Assembly (NCBI GenBank): GCA_040954595.2
Contig: CM082593.2
Coordinates: 8,501,100 to 8,565,099 of the forward strand
DNA: 64,000 nt
Direction of reading: 5' to 3'
Source of the DNA: Balanoglossus misakiensis
Lineage: Eukaryota > Animalia > Hemichordata
Part shown: positions 33,576 to 48,500 of the stretch, in pieces
Numbering within the stretch: the first letter of the stretch is position 1
Layout of the letters: the number at the start of each line of letters is the position of its first letter
The notes under the pieces: model-generated
Databases searched by the model: none
Told to the model about the DNA's origin: nothing
What the model saw: only the letters and a program-made list of their open reading frames with translations
Translations under genes and position numbers: made by a program

Positions 33576-36500
33576 CGGTCTTACCCGTCATGGGCACAAA
33601 CAGTCTCAGGAAGTAAGCTTTCAGCCAACCAATGTAGCTATTATATTTTCCACTTTTTGTAAGTGAAGCCTGACTGTCGCCTGTCTTAGGTCACCACTTC
33701 GTAAGCGGTCTTACCCGTCATGGGCACAAACAGTCTCAGGAAGTAAGCTTTCAGCCTACCAATGTAGCTATTATATTTTCCACTTTTTGTAAGTGAAGCC
33801 TGACTGTCGCCTGTCTTAGGTCACCACTTCATAAGCGGTCTTACCCGTCATGGGCACAAACAGTCTCAGGAAGTAAGCCCTCAGCCTACCAATGTAGCTA
33901 TTATATTTTCCACTTTTTGTAAGTGAATCCTGACTGTCGCCTGTCTTAGGTCACCACTTCACAAGCGGTCTTACCCGTCATGGGCACAAACAGTCTCAGG
34001 AAGTAAGCTTTCAGCCAACCAATGTAGCTATTATATTTTCCACTTTTTGTAAGTGAAGCCTGACTGTCGCCTGTCTTAGGTCACCACTTCACAAGCGGTC
34101 TTACCCGTCATGGGCACAAACAGTCTCAAGAAGTAAGCTTTCAGCCTACCAATGTAGCTATTATATTTTCCACTTTTTGTAAGTGAAGCCTGACTGTCGC
34201 CTGTCTTAGGTCACCACTTCACAAGCGGTCTTACCCGTCATGGGCACAAACAGTCTCAGGAAGTAAGCTTTCAGCCTACCAATGTAGCTATTATATTTTC
34301 CACTTTTTGTAAGTGAAGCCTGACTGTCGCCTGTCTTAGGTCACCACTTCACAAGCGGTCTTACCCGTCATGGGCACAAACAGTCTCAGGAAGTAAGCTT
34401 TCAGCCTACCAATGTAGCTATTATATTTTCCACTTTTTGTAAGTGAAGCCTGACTGTCGCCTGTCTTAGGTCACCACTTCATAAGCGGTCTTACCCGTCA
34501 TGGGCACAAACAGTCTCAGGAAGTAAGCTTTCAGCCTACCAATGTAGCTATTATATTTTCCACTTTTTGTAAGTGAAGCCTGACTGTCGCCTGTCTTAGG
34601 TCACCACTTCACAAGCGGTCTTACCCGTCATGGGCACAAACAGTCTCAGGAAGTAAGCTTTCAGCCTACCAATGTAGCTATTATATTTTCCACTTTTTGT
34701 AAGTGAAGCCTGACTGTCGCCTGTCTTAGGTCACCACTTCACAAGCGGTCTTACCCATCATGGGCACAAACAGTCTCAGGAAGTAAGCTTTCAGCCTACC
34801 AATGTAGCTCTTATATTTTCCACTTTTTGTAAGTGAAGCCTGACTGTCGCCTGTCTTAGGTCACCACTTCACAAGCGGTCTTACCCGTCATGGGCACAAA
34901 CAGTCTCAGGAAGTAAGCTTTCAGCCTACCAATGTAGCTCTTATATTTTCCACTTTTTGTAAGTGAAGCCTGACTGTCGCCTGTCTTAGGTCACCACTTC
35001 ACAAGCGGTCTTACCCGTCATGGGCACAAACAGTCTCAGGAAGTAAGCTTTCAGCCTACCAATGTAGCTCTTATATTTTCCACTTTTTGTAAGTGAAGCC
35101 TGACTGTCGCCTGTCTTAGGTCACCACTTCACAAGCGGTCTTACCCGTCATGGGCACAAACAGTCTCAGGAAGTAAGCTTTCAGCCTACCAATGTAGCTA
35201 TTATATTTTCCACTTTTTGTAAGTGAAGCCTGACTGTCGCCTGTCTTAGGTCACCACTTCACAAGCGGTCTTACCCGTCATGGGCACAAACAGTCTCAGG
35301 AAGTAAGCTTTCAGCCTACCAATGTAGCTCTTATATTTTCCACTTTTTGTAAGTGAAGCCTGACTGTCGCCTGTCTTAGGTCACCACTTCACAAGCGGTC
35401 TTACCCGTCATGGGCACAAACAGTCTCAGGAAGTAAGCTTTCAGCCTACCAATGTAGCTCTTATATTTTCCACTTTTTGTAAGTGAAGCCTGACTGTCGC
35501 CTGTCTTAGGTCACCACTTCACAAGCGGTCTTACCCGTCATGGGCACAAACAGTCTCAGGAAGTAAGCTTTCAGCCTACCAATGTAGCTCTTATATTTTC
35601 CACTTTTTGTAAGTGAAGCCTGACTGTCGCCTGTCTTAGGTCACCACTTCACAAGCGGTCTTACCCGTCATGGGCACAAACAGTCTCAGGAAGTAAGCTT
35701 TCAGCCTACCAATGTAGCTCTTATATTTTCCACTTTTTGTAAGTGAAGCCTGACTGTCGCCTGTCTTAGGTCACCACTTCACAAGCGGTCTTACCCGTCA
35801 TGGGCACAAACAGTCTCATGAAGTAAGCTTTCAGCCTACCAATGTAGCTATTATATTTTCCACTTTTTGTAAGTGAAGCCTGACTGTCGCCTGTCTTAGG
35901 TCACCACTTCACAAGCGGTCTTACCCGTCATGGGCACAAACAGTCTCAGGAAGTAAGCTTTCAGCCTACCAATGTAGCTATTATATTTTCCACTTTTTGT
36001 AAGTGAAGCCTGACTGTCGCCTGTCTTAGGTCACCACTTCACAAGCGGTCTTACCCGTCATGGGCACAAACATTCTCAGGAAGTAAGCTTTCAGCCTACC
36101 AATGTAGCTATTATATTTTCCACTTTTTGTAAGTGAAGCCTGACTGTCGCCTGTCTTAGGTCACCACTTCACAAGCGGTCTTACCCGTCATGGGCACAAA
36201 CAGTCTCAGGAAGTAAGCTTTCAGCCTACCAATGTAGCTATTATATTTTCCACTTTTTGTAAGTGAAGCCTGACTGTCGCCTGTCTTAGGTCACCACTTC
36301 ACAAGCGGTCTTACCCGTCATGGGCACAAACAGTCTCAGGAAGTAAGCTTTCAGCCTACCAATGTAGCTATTATATTTTCCACTTTTTGTAAGTGAAGCC
36401 TGACTGTCGCCTGTCTTAGGTCACCACTTCATAAGCGGTCTTACCCGTCATGGGCACAAACAGTCTCAGGAAGTAAGCCCTCAGCCTACCAATGTAGCTA

Positions 36501-39500
36501 TTATATTTTCCACTTTTTGTAAGTGAATCCTGACTGTCGCCTGTCTTAGGTCACCACTTCACAAGCGGTCTTACCCGTCATGGGCACAAACAGTCTCAAG
36601 AAGTAAGCTTTCAGCCTACCAATGTAGCTATTATATTTTCCACTTTTTGTAAGTGAAGCCTGACTGTCGCCTGTCTTAGGTCACCACTTCACAAGCGGTC
36701 TTACCCGTCATGGGCACAAACAGTCTCAGGAAGTAAGCTTTCAGCCTACCAATGTAGCTATTATATTTTCCACTTTTTGTAAGTGAAGCCTGACTGTCGC
36801 CTGTCTTAGGTCACCACTTCACAAGCGGTCTTACCCGTCATGGGCACAAACAGTCTCAGGAAGTAAGCTTTCAGCCTACCAATGTAGCTATTATATTTTC
36901 CACTTTTTGTAAGTGAAGCCTGACTGTCGCCTGTCTTAGGTCACCACTTCACAAGCGGTCTTACCCGTCATGGGCACAAACAGTCTCAGGAAGTAAGCTT
37001 TCAGCCTACCAATGTAGCTATTATATTTTCCACTTTTTGTAAGTGAAGCCTGACTGTCGCCTGTCTTAGGTCACCACTTCACAAGCGGTCTTACCCGTCA
37101 TGGGCACAAACAGTCTCAGGAAGTAAGCTTTCAGCCTACCAATGTAGCTATTATATTTTCCACTTTTTGTAAGTGAAGCCTGACTGTCGCCTGTCTTAGG
37201 TCACCACTTCACAAGCGGTCTTACCCGTCATGGGCACAAACAGTCTCAGGAAGTAAGCTTTCAGCCTACCAATGTAGCTATTATATTTTCCACTTTTTGT
37301 AAGTGAAGCCTGACTGTCGCCTGTCTTAGGTCACCACTTCACAAGCGGTCTTACCCGTCATGGGCACAAACAGTCTCAGGAAGTAAGCTTTCAGCCTACC
37401 AATGTAGCTCTTATATTTTCCACTTTTTGTAAGTGAAGCCTGACTGTCGCCTGTCTTAGGTCACCACTTCACAAGCGGTCTTACCCGTCATGGGCACAAA
37501 CAGTCTGAGGAAGTAAGCTTTCAGCCTACCAATGTAGCTCTTATATTTTCCACTTTTTGTAAGTGAAGCCTGACTGTCGCCTGTCTTAGGTCACCACTTC
37601 ACAAGCGGTCTTACCCGTCATGGGCACAAACAGTCTCAGGAAGTAAGCTTTCAGCCTACCAATGTAGCTATTATATTTTCCACTTTTTGTAAGTGAAGCC
37701 TGACTGTCGCCTGTCTTAGGTCACCACTTCACAAGCGGTCTTACCCGTCATGGGCACAAACAGTCTCAGGAAGTAAGCTTTCAGCCTACCAATGTAGCTA
37801 TTATATTTTCCACTTTTTGTAAGTGAAGCCTGACTGTCGCCTGTCTTAGGTCACCACTTCACAAGCGGTCTTACCCGTCATGGGCACAAACAGTCTCAGG
37901 AAGTAAGCTTTCAGCCTACCAATGTAGCTCTTATATTTTCCACTTTTTGTAAGTGAAGCCTGACTGTCGCCTGTCTTCGGTCACCACTTCACAAGCGGTC
38001 TTACCCGTCATGGGCACAAACAGTCTCAGGAAGTAAGCTTTCAGCCTACCAATGTAGCTCTTATATTTTCCACTTTTTGTAAGTGAAGCCTGACTGTCGC
38101 CTGTCTTAGGTCACCACTTCACAAGCGGTCTTACCCGTCATGGGCACAAACAGTCTCATGAAGTAAGCTTTCAGCCTACCAATGTAGCTATTATATTTTC
38201 CACTTTTTGTAAGTGAAGCCTGACTGTCGCCTGTCTTAGGTCACCACTTCACAAGCGGTCTTACCCATCATGGGCACAAACAGTCTCAGGAAGTAAGCTT
38301 TCAGCCTACCAATGTAGCTATTATATTTTCCACTTTTTGTAAGTGAAGCCTGACTGTCGCCTGTCTTAGGTCACCACTTCTCAAGCGGTCTTACCCGTCA
38401 TGGGCACAAACATTCTCAGGAAGTAAGCTTTCAGCCTACCAATGTAGCTATTATATTTTCCACTTTTTGTAAGTGAAGCCTGACTGTCGCCTGTCTTAGG
38501 TCACCACTTCACAAGCGGTCTTACCCGTCATGGGCACAAACAGTCTCAGGAAGTAAGCTTTCAGCCTACCAATGTAGCTATTATATTTTCCACTTTTTGT
38601 AAGTGAAGCCTGACTGTCGCCTGTCTTAGGTCACCACTTCACAAGCGGTCTTACCCGTCATGGGCACAAACAGTCTCAGGAAGTAAGCTTTCAGCCTACC
38701 AATGTAGCTATTATATTTTCCACTTTTTGTAAGTGAAGCCTGACTGTCGCCTGTCTTAGGTCACTACTTCATAAGCGGTCTTACCCGTCATGGGCACAAA
38801 CAGTCTCAGGAAGTAAGCTTTCAGCCTACCAATGTAGCTATTATATTTTCCACTTTTTGTAAGTGAAGCCTGACTGTCGCCTGTCTTAGGTCACCACTTC
38901 ATAAGCGGTCTTACCCGTCATGGGCACAAACAGTCTCAGGAAGTAAGCTTTCAGCCTGTCTTAGGTCACCACTTCATAAGCGGTCTTACCCGTCATGGGC
39001 ACAAACAGTCTCAGGAAGTAAGCTTTCAGCCTACCAATGTAGCTATTATATTTTCCAGTTTTTGTAAGTGAAGCCTGACTGTCGCCTGTCTTAGGTCACC
39101 ACTTCATAAGCGGTCTTACCCGTCATGGGCACAAACAGTCTCAGGAAGTAAGCTTTCAGCCTACCAATGTAAGCTATTATATTTTCCACTTTTTGTAAGT
39201 GAAGCCTGACTGTCGCCTGTCTTAGGTTACCACTTCATAAGCGGTCTTACCCGTCATGGGCACAAACAGTCTCAGGAAGTAAGCTTTCAGCCTACCAATG
39301 TAGCTATTATATTTTCCACTTTTTGTAAGTGAAGCCTGACTGTCGCCTGTCTTAGGTCACCACTTCGTAAGCGGTCTTACCCGTCATGGGCACAAACAGT
39401 CTCAGGAAGTAAGCCCTCAGCCTACCAATGTAGCTATTATATTTTCCACTTTTTGTAAGTGAAGCCTGACTGTCGCCTGTCTTAGGTCACCACTTCATAA

Positions 39501-42500
39501 GCGGTCTTACCCGTCATGGGCACAAACAGTCTCAGGAAGTAAGCTTTCAGCCTGTCTTAGGTCACCACTTCATAAGCGGTCTTACCCGTCATGGGCACAA
39601 ACAGTCTCATGAAGTAAGCTTTCAGCCTACCAATGTAGCTATTATATTTTCCACTTTTTGTAAGTGAAGCCTGACTGTCGCCTGTCTTAGGTCACCACTT
39701 CATAAGCGGTCTTACCCGTCATGGGCACAAACAGTCTCAGGAAGTAAGCTTTCAGCCTGTCTTAGGTCACCACTTCATAAGCGGTCTTACCCGTCATGGG
39801 CACAAACAGTCTCAGGAAGTAAGCTTTCAGCCTACCAATGTAGCTATTATATTTTCCAGTTTTTGTAAGTGAAGCCTGACTGTCGCCTGTCTTAGGTCAC
39901 CACTTCATAAGCGGTCTTACCCGTCATGGGCACAAACAGTCTCAGGAAGTAAGCTTTCAGCCTACCAATGTAAGCTATTATATTTTCCACTTTTTGTAAG
40001 TGAAGCCTGACTGTCGCCTGTCTTAGGTCACCACTTCATAAGCGGTCTTACCCGTCATGGGCACAAACAGTCTCAGGAAGTAAGCTTTCAGCCTACCAAT
40101 GTAGCTATTATATTTTCCACTTTTTGTAAGTGAAGCCTGACTGTCGCCTGTCTTAGGTCACCACTTCGTAAGCGGTCTTACCCGTCATGGGCACAAACAG
40201 TCTCAGGAAGTAAGCCCTCAGCCTACCAATGTAGCTATTATATTTTCCACTTTTTGTAAGTGAAGCCTGACTGTCGCCTGTCTTAGGTCACCACTTCATA
40301 AGCGGTCTTACCCGTCATGGGCACAAACAGTCTCAGGAAGTAAGCTTTCAGCCTACCAATGTAGCTATTATATTTTCCACTTTTTGTAAGTGAAGCCTGA
40401 CTGTCGCCTGTCTTAGGTCACCACTTCATAAGCGGTCTTACCCGTCATGGGCACAAACAGTCTCAGGAAGTAAGCTTTCAGCCTGTCTTAGGTCACCACT
40501 TCATAAGCGGTCTTACCCGTCATGGGCACAAACAGTCTCATGAAGTAAGCTTTCAGCCTACCAATGTAGCTATTATATTTTCCACTTTTTGTAAGTGAAG
40601 CCTGACTGTCGCCTGTCTTAGGTCACCACTTCACAAGCGGTCTTACCCGTCATGGGCACAAACAGTCTCAGGAAGTAAGCTTTCAGCCTACCAATGTAGC
40701 TATTATATTTTCCACTTTTTGTAAGTGAAGCCTGACTGTCGCCTGTCTTAGGTCACCACTTCACAAGCGGTCTTACCCGTCATGGGCACAAACATTCTCA
40801 GGAAGTAAGCTTTCAGCCTACCAATGTAGCTATTATATTTTCCACTTTTTGTAAGTGAAGCCTGACTGTCGCCTGTCTTAGGTCACCACTTCACAAGCGG
40901 TCTTACCCGTCATGGGCACAAACATTCTCAGGAAGTAAGCTTTCAGCCTACCAATGTAGCTATTATATTTTCCACTTTTTGTAAGTGAAGCCTGACTGTC
41001 GCCTGTCTTAGGTCACCACTTCACAAGCGGTCTTGCCCGTCATGGGCACAAACAGTCTCAGGAAGTAAGCTTTCAGCCTACCAATGTAGCTATTATATTT
41101 TCCACTTTTTGTAAGTGAAGCCTGACTGTCGCCTGTCTTAGGTCACCACTTCACAAGCGGTCTTACCCGTCATGGGCACAAACATTCTCAGGAAGTAAGC
41201 CCTCAGCCTACCAATGTAGCTATTATATTTTCCACTTTTTGTAAGTGAAGCCTGACTGTCGCCTGTCTTAGGTCACCACTTCATAAGCGGTCTTACCCGT
41301 CATGGGCACAAACAGTCTCAGGAAGTAAGCTTTCAGCCTACCAATGTAGCTATTATATTTTCCACTTTTTGTAAGTGAAGCCTGACTGTCGCCTGTCTTA
41401 GGTCACCACTTCATAAGCGGTCTTACCCGTCATGGGCACAAACAGTCTCAGGAAGTAAGCTTTCAGCCTGTCTTAGGTCACCACTTCATAAGCGGTCTTA
41501 CCCGTCATGGGCACAAACAGTCTCATGAAGTAAGCTTTCAGCCTACCAATGTAGCTATTATATTTTCCACTTTTTGTAAGTGAAGCCTGACTGTCGCCTG
41601 TCTTAGGTCACCACTTCACAAGCGGTCTTACCCGTCATGGGCACAAACATTCTCAGGAAGTAAGCTTTCAGCCTACCAATGTAGCTATTATATTTTCCAC
41701 TTTTTGTAAGTGAAGCCTGACTGTCGCCTGTCTTAGGTCACCACTTCACAAGCGGTCTTACCCGTCATGGGCACAAACATTCTAAGGAAGTAAGCTTTCA
41801 GCCTACCAATGTAGCTATTATATTTTCCACTTTTTGTAAGTGAAGCCTGACTGTCGCCTGTCTTAGGTCACCACTTCACAAGCGGTCTTACCCGTCATGG
41901 GCACAAACAGTCTCAGGAAGTAAGCTTTCAGCCTACCAATGTAGCTATTATATTTTCCACTTTTTGTAAGTGAAGCCTGACTGTCGCCTGTCTTAGGTCA
42001 CCACTTCACAAGCGGTCTTACCCGTCATGGGCACAAACAGTCTCAGGAAGTAAGCTTTCAGCCTACCAATGTAGCTATTATATTTTCCACTTTTTGTAAG
42101 TGAAGCCTGACTGTCGCCTGTCTTAGGTCACCACTTCACAAGCGGTCTTACCCGTCATGGGCACAAACAGTCTCAGGAAGTAAGCTTTCAGCCTACCAAT
42201 GTAGCTATTATATTTTCCACTTTTTGTAAGTGAAGCCTGACTGTCGCCTGTCTTAGGTCACCACTTCACAAGCGGTCTTACCCGTCATGGGCACAAACAT
42301 TCTCAGGAAGTAAGCTTTCAGCCTACCAATGTAGCTATTATATTTTCCACTTTTTGTAAGTGAAGCCTGACTGTCGCCTGTCTTAGGTCACCACTTCACA
42401 AGCGGTCTTACCCGTCATGGGCACAAACATTCTAAGGAAGTAAGCTTTCAGCCTACCAATGTAGCTATTATATTTTCCACTTTTTGTAAGTGAAGCCTGA

Positions 42501-45500
42501 CTGTCGCCTGTCTTAGGTCACCACTTCACAAGCGGTCTTACCCGTCATGGGCACAAACAGTCTCAGGAAGTAAGCTTTCAGCCTACCAATGTAGCTATTA
42601 TATTTTCCACTTTTTGTAAGTGAAGCCTGACTGTCGCCTGTCTTAGGTCACCACTTCACAAGCGGTCTTACCCGTCATGGGCACAAACAGTCTCAGGAAG
42701 TAAGCTTTCAGCCTACGAATGTAGCTATTATATTTTCCACTTTTTGTAAGTGAAGCCTGACTGTCGCCTGTCTTAGGTCACCACTTCACAAGCGGTCTTA
42801 CCCGTCATGGGCACAAACATTCTCAGGAAGTAAGCTTTCAGCCTACCAATGTAGCTATTATATTTTCCACTTTTTGTAAGTGAAGCCTGACTGTCGCCTG
42901 TCTTAGGTCACCACTTCACAAGCGGTCTTACCCGTCATGGGCACAAACAGTCTCAGGAAGTAAGCTTTCAGCCTACCAATGTAGCTATTATATTTTCCAC
43001 TTTTTGTAAGTGAAGCCTGACTGTCGCCTGTCTTAGGTCACCACTTCACAAGCGGTCTTACCCGTCATGGGCACAAACAGTCTCAGGAAGTAAGCTTTCA
43101 GCCTACCAATGTAGCTATTATATTTTCCACTTTTTGTAAGTGAAGCCTGACTGTCGCCTGTCTTAGGTCACCACTTCATAAGCGGTCTTACCCGTCATGG
43201 GCACAAACAGTCTCAGGAAGTAAGCCCTCAGCCTACCAATGTAGCTATTATATTTTCCACTTTTTGTAAGTGAATCCTGACTGTCGCCTGTCTTAGGTCA
43301 CCACTTCACAAGCGGTCTTACCCGTCATGGGCACAAACAGTCTCAGGAAGTAAGCTTTCAGCCAACCAATGTAGCTATTATATTTTCCACTTTTTGTAAG
43401 TGAAGCCTGACTGTCGCCTGTCTTAGGTCACCACTTCACAAGCGGTCTTACCCGTCATGGGCACAAACAGTCTCAAGAAGTAAGCTTTCAGCCTACCAAT
43501 GTAGCTATTATATTTTCCACTTTTTGTAAGTGAAGCCTGACTGTCGCCTGTCTTAGGTCACCACTTCACAAGCGGTCTTACCCGTCATGGGCACAAACAG
43601 TCTCAGGAAGTAAGCTTTCAGCCTACCAATGTAGCTATTATATTTTCCACTTTTTGTAAGTGAAGCCTGACTGTCGCCTGTCTTAGGTCACCACTTCACA
43701 AGCGGTCTTACCCGTCATGGGCACAAACATTCTCAGGAAGTAAGCTTTCAGCCTACCAATGTAGCTATTATATTTTCCACTTTTTGTAAGTGAAGCCTGA
43801 CTGTCGCCTGTCTTAGGTCACCACTTCACAAGCGGTCTTACCCGTCATGGGCACAAACATTCTAAGGAAGTAAGCTTTCAGCCTACCAATGTAGCTATTA
43901 TATTTTCCACTTTTTGTAAGTGAAGCCTGACTGTCGCCTGTCTTAGGTCACCACTTCACAAGCGGTCTTACCCGTCATGGGCACAAACAGTCTCAGGAAG
44001 TAAGCTTTCAGCCTACCAATGTAGCTATTATATTTTCCACTTTTTGTAAGTGAAGCCTGACTGTCGCCTGTCTTAGGTCACCACTTCACAAGCGGTCTTA
44101 CCCGTCATGGGCACAAACAGTCTCAGGAAGTAAGCTTTCAGCCTACCAATGTAGCTATTATATTTTCCACTTTTTGTAAGTGAAGCCTGACTGTCGCCTG
44201 TCTTAGGTCACCACTTCACAAGCGGTCTTACCCGTCATGGGCACAAACAGTCTCAGGAAGTAAGCTTTCAGCCTACCAATGTAGCTATTATATTTTCCAC
44301 TTTTTGTAAGTGAAGCCTGACTGTCGCCTGTCTTAGGTCACCACTTCACAAGCGGTCTTACCCGTCATGGGCACAAACATTCTCAGGAAGTAAGCTTTCA
44401 GCCTACCAATGTAGCTATTATATTTTCCACTTTTTGTAAGTGAAGCCTGACTGTCGCCTGTCTTAGGTCACCACTTCACAAGCGGTCTTACCCGTCATGG
44501 GCACAAACATTCTAAGGAAGTAAGCTTTCAGCCTACCAATGTAGCTATTATATTTTCCACTTTTTGTAAGTGAAGCCTGACTGTCGCCTGTCTTAGGTCA
44601 CCACTTCACAAGCGGTCTTACCCGTCATGGGCACAAACAGTCTCAGGAAGTAAGCTTTCAGCCTACCAATGTAGCTATTATATTTTCCACTTTTTGTAAG
44701 TGAAGCCTGACTGTCGCCTGTCTTAGGTCACCACTTCACAAGCGGTCTTACCCGTCATGGGCACAAACAGTCTCAGGAAGTAAGCTTTCAGCCTACCAAT
44801 GTAGCTATTATATTTTCCACTTTTTGTAAGTGAAGCCTGACTGTCGCCTGTCTTAGGTCACCACTTCACAAGCGGTCTTACCCGTCATGGGCACAAACAT
44901 TCTCAGGAAGTAAGCTTTCAGCCTACCAATGTAGCTATTATATTTTCCACTTTTTGTAAGTGAAGCCTGACTGTCGCCTGTCTTAGGTCACCACTTCACA
45001 AGCGGTCTTACCCGTCATGGGCACAAACAGTCTCAGGAAGTAAGCTTTCAGCCTACCAATGTAGCTATTATATTTTCCACTTTTTGTAAGTGAAGCCTGA
45101 CTGTCGCCTGTCTTAGGTCACCACTTCACAAGCGGTCTTACCCGTCATGGGCACAAACAGTCTCAGGAAGTAAGCTTTCAGCCTACCAATGTAGCTATTA
45201 TATTTTCCACTTTTTGTAAGTGAAGCCTGACTGTCGCCTGTCTTAGGTCACCACTTCATAAGCGGTCTTACCCGTCATGGGCACAAACAGTCTCAGGAAG
45301 TAAGCCCTCAGCCTACCAATGTAGCTATTATATTTTCCACTTTTTGTAAGTGAATCCTGACTGTCGCCTGTCTTAGGTCACCACTTCACAAGCGGTCTTA
45401 CCCGTCATGGGCACAAACAGTCTCAGGAAGTAAGCTTTCAGCCAACCAATGTAGCTATTATATTTTCCACTTTTTGTAAGTGAAGCCTGACTGTCGCCTG

Positions 45501-48500
45501 TCTTAGGTCACCACTTCACAAGCGGTCTTACCCGTCATGGGCACAAACAGTCTCAAGAAGTAAGCTTTCAGCCTACCAATGTAGCTATTATATTTTCCAC
45601 TTTTTGTAAGTGAAGCCTGACTGTCGCCTGTCTTAGGTCACCACTTCACAAGCGGTCTTACCCGTCATGGGCACAAACAGTCTCAGGAAGTAAGCTTTCA
45701 GCCTACCAATGTAGCTATTATATTTTCCACTTTTTGTAAGTGAAGCCTGACTGTCGCCTGTCTTAGGTCACCACTTCACAAGCGGTCTTACCCGTCATGG
45801 GCACAAACAGTCTCAGGAAGTAAGCTTTCAGCCTACCAATGTAGCTATTATATTTTCCACTTTTTGTAAGTGAAGCCTGACTGTCGCCTGTCTTAGGTCA
45901 CCACTTCACAAGCGGTCTTACCCGTCATGGGCACAAACAGTCTCAGGAAGTAAGCTTTCAGCCTACCAATGTAGCTATTATATTTTCCACTTTTTGTAAG
46001 TGAAGCCTGACTGTCGCCTGTCTTAGGTCACCACTTCACAAGCGGTCTTACCCGTCATGGGCACAAACAGTCTCAGGAAGTAAGCTTTCAGCCTACCAAT
46101 GTAGCTATTATATTTTCCACTTTTTGTAAGTGAAGCCTGACTGTCGCCTGTCTTAGGTCACCACTTCACAAGCGGTCTTACCCATCATGGGCACAAACAG
46201 TCTCAGGAAGTAAGCTTTCAGCCTACCAATGTAGCTCTTATATTTTCCACTTTTTGTAAGTGAAGCCTGACTGTCGCCTGTCTTAGGTCACCACTTCACA
46301 AGCGGTCTTACCCGTCATGGGCACAAACAGTCTGAGGAAGTAAGCTTTCAGCCTACCAATGTAGCTCTTATATTTTCCACTTTTTGTAAGTGAAGCCTGA
46401 CTGTCGCCTGTCTTAGGTCACCACTTCACAAGCGGTCTTACCCGTCATGGGCACAAACAGTCTCAGGAAGTAAGCTTTCAGCCTACCAATGTAGCTATTA
46501 TATTTTCCACTTTTTGTAAGTGAAGCCTGACTGTCGCCTGTCTTAGGTCACCACTTCACAAGCGGTCTTACCCGTCATGGGCACAAACAGTCTCAGGAAG
46601 TAAGCTTTCAGCCTACCAATGTAGCTATTATATTTTCCACTTTTTGTAAGTGAAGCCTGACTGTCGCCTGTCTTAGGTCACCACTTCACAAGCGGTCTTA
46701 CCCGTCATGGGCACAAACAGTCTCAGGAAGTAAGCTTTCAGCCTACCAATGTAGCTCTTATATTTTCCACTTTTTGTAAGTGAAGCCTGACTGTCGCCTG
46801 TCTTCGGTCACCACTTCACAAGCGGTCTTACCCGTCATGGGCACAAACAGTCTCAGGAAGTAAGCTTTCAGCCTACCAATGTAGCTCTTATATTTTCCAC
46901 TTTTTGTAAGTGAAGCCTGACTGTCGCCTGTCTTAGGTCACCACTTCACAAGCGGTCTTACCCGTCATGGGCACAAACAGTCTCATGAAGTAAGCTTTCA
47001 GCCTACCAATGTAGCTATTATATTTTCCACTTTTTGTAAGTGAAGCCTGACTGTCGCCTGTCTTAGGTCACCACTTCACAAGCGGTCTTACCCATCATGG
47101 GCACAAACAGTCTCAGGAAGTAAGCTTTCAGCCTACCAATGTAGCTATTATATTTTCCACTTTTTGTAAGTGAAGCCTGACTGTCGCCTGTCTTAGGTCA
47201 CCACTTCACAAGCGGTCTTACCCGTCATGGGCACAAACATTCTCAGGAAGTAAGCTTTCAGCCTACCAATGTAGCTATTATATTTTCCACTTTTTGTAAG
47301 TGAAGCCTGACTGTCGCCTGTCTTAGGTCACCACTTCACAAGCGGTCTTACCCGTCATGGGCACAAACAGTCTCAGGAAGTAAGCTTTCAGCCTACCAAT
47401 GTAGCTATTATATTTTCCACTTTTTGTAAGTGAAGCCTGACTGTCGCCTGTCTTAGGTCACCACTTCACAAGCGGTCTTACCCGTCATGGGCACAAACAG
47501 TCTCAGGAAGTAAGCTTTCAGCCTACCAATGTAGCTATTATATTTTCCACTTTTTGTAAGTGAAGCCTGACTGTCGCCTGTCTTAGGTCACCACTTCATA
47601 AGCGGTCTTACCCGTCATGGGCACAAACAGTCTCAGGAAGTAAGCTTTCAGCCTACCAATGTAGCTATTATATTTTCCACTTTTTGTAAGTGAAGCCTGA
47701 CTGTCGCCTGTCTTAGGTCACCACTTCATAAGCGGTCTTACCCGTCATGGGCACAAACAGTCTCAGGAAGTAAGCTTTCAGCCTGTCTTAGGTCACCACT
47801 TCATAAGCGGTCTTACCCGTCATGGGCACAAACAGTCTCAGGAAGTAAGCTTTCAGCCTACCAATGTAGCTATTATATTTTCCAGTTTTTGTAAGTGAAG
47901 CCTGACTGTCGCCTGTCTTAGGTCACCACTTCATAAGCGGTCTTACCCGTCATGGGCACAAACAGTCTCAGGAAGTAAGCTTTCAGCCTACCAATGTAAG
48001 CTATTATATTTTCCACTTTTTGTAAGTGAAGCCTGACTGTCGCCTGTCTTAGGTCACCACTTCATAAGCGGTCTTACCCGTCATGGGCACAAACAGTCTC
48101 AGGAAGTAAGCTTTCAGCCTACCAATGTAGCTATTATATTTTCCACTTTTTGTAAGTGAAGCCTGACTGTCGCCTGTCTTAGGTCACCACTTCGTAAGCG
48201 GTCTTACCCGTCATGGGCACAAACAGTCTCAGGAAGTAAGCCCTCAGCCTACCAATGTAGCTATTATATTTTCCACTTTTTGTAAGTGAAGCCTGACTGT
48301 CGCCTGTCTTAGGTCACCACTTCATAAGCGGTCTTACCCGTCATGGGCACAAACAGTCTCAGGAAGTAAGCTTTCAGCCTACCAATGTAGCTATTATATT
48401 TTCCACTTTTTGTAAGTGAAGCCTGACTGTCGCCTGTCTTAGGTCACCACTTCATAAGCGGTCTTACCCGTCATGGGCACAAACAGTCTCAGGAAGTAAG

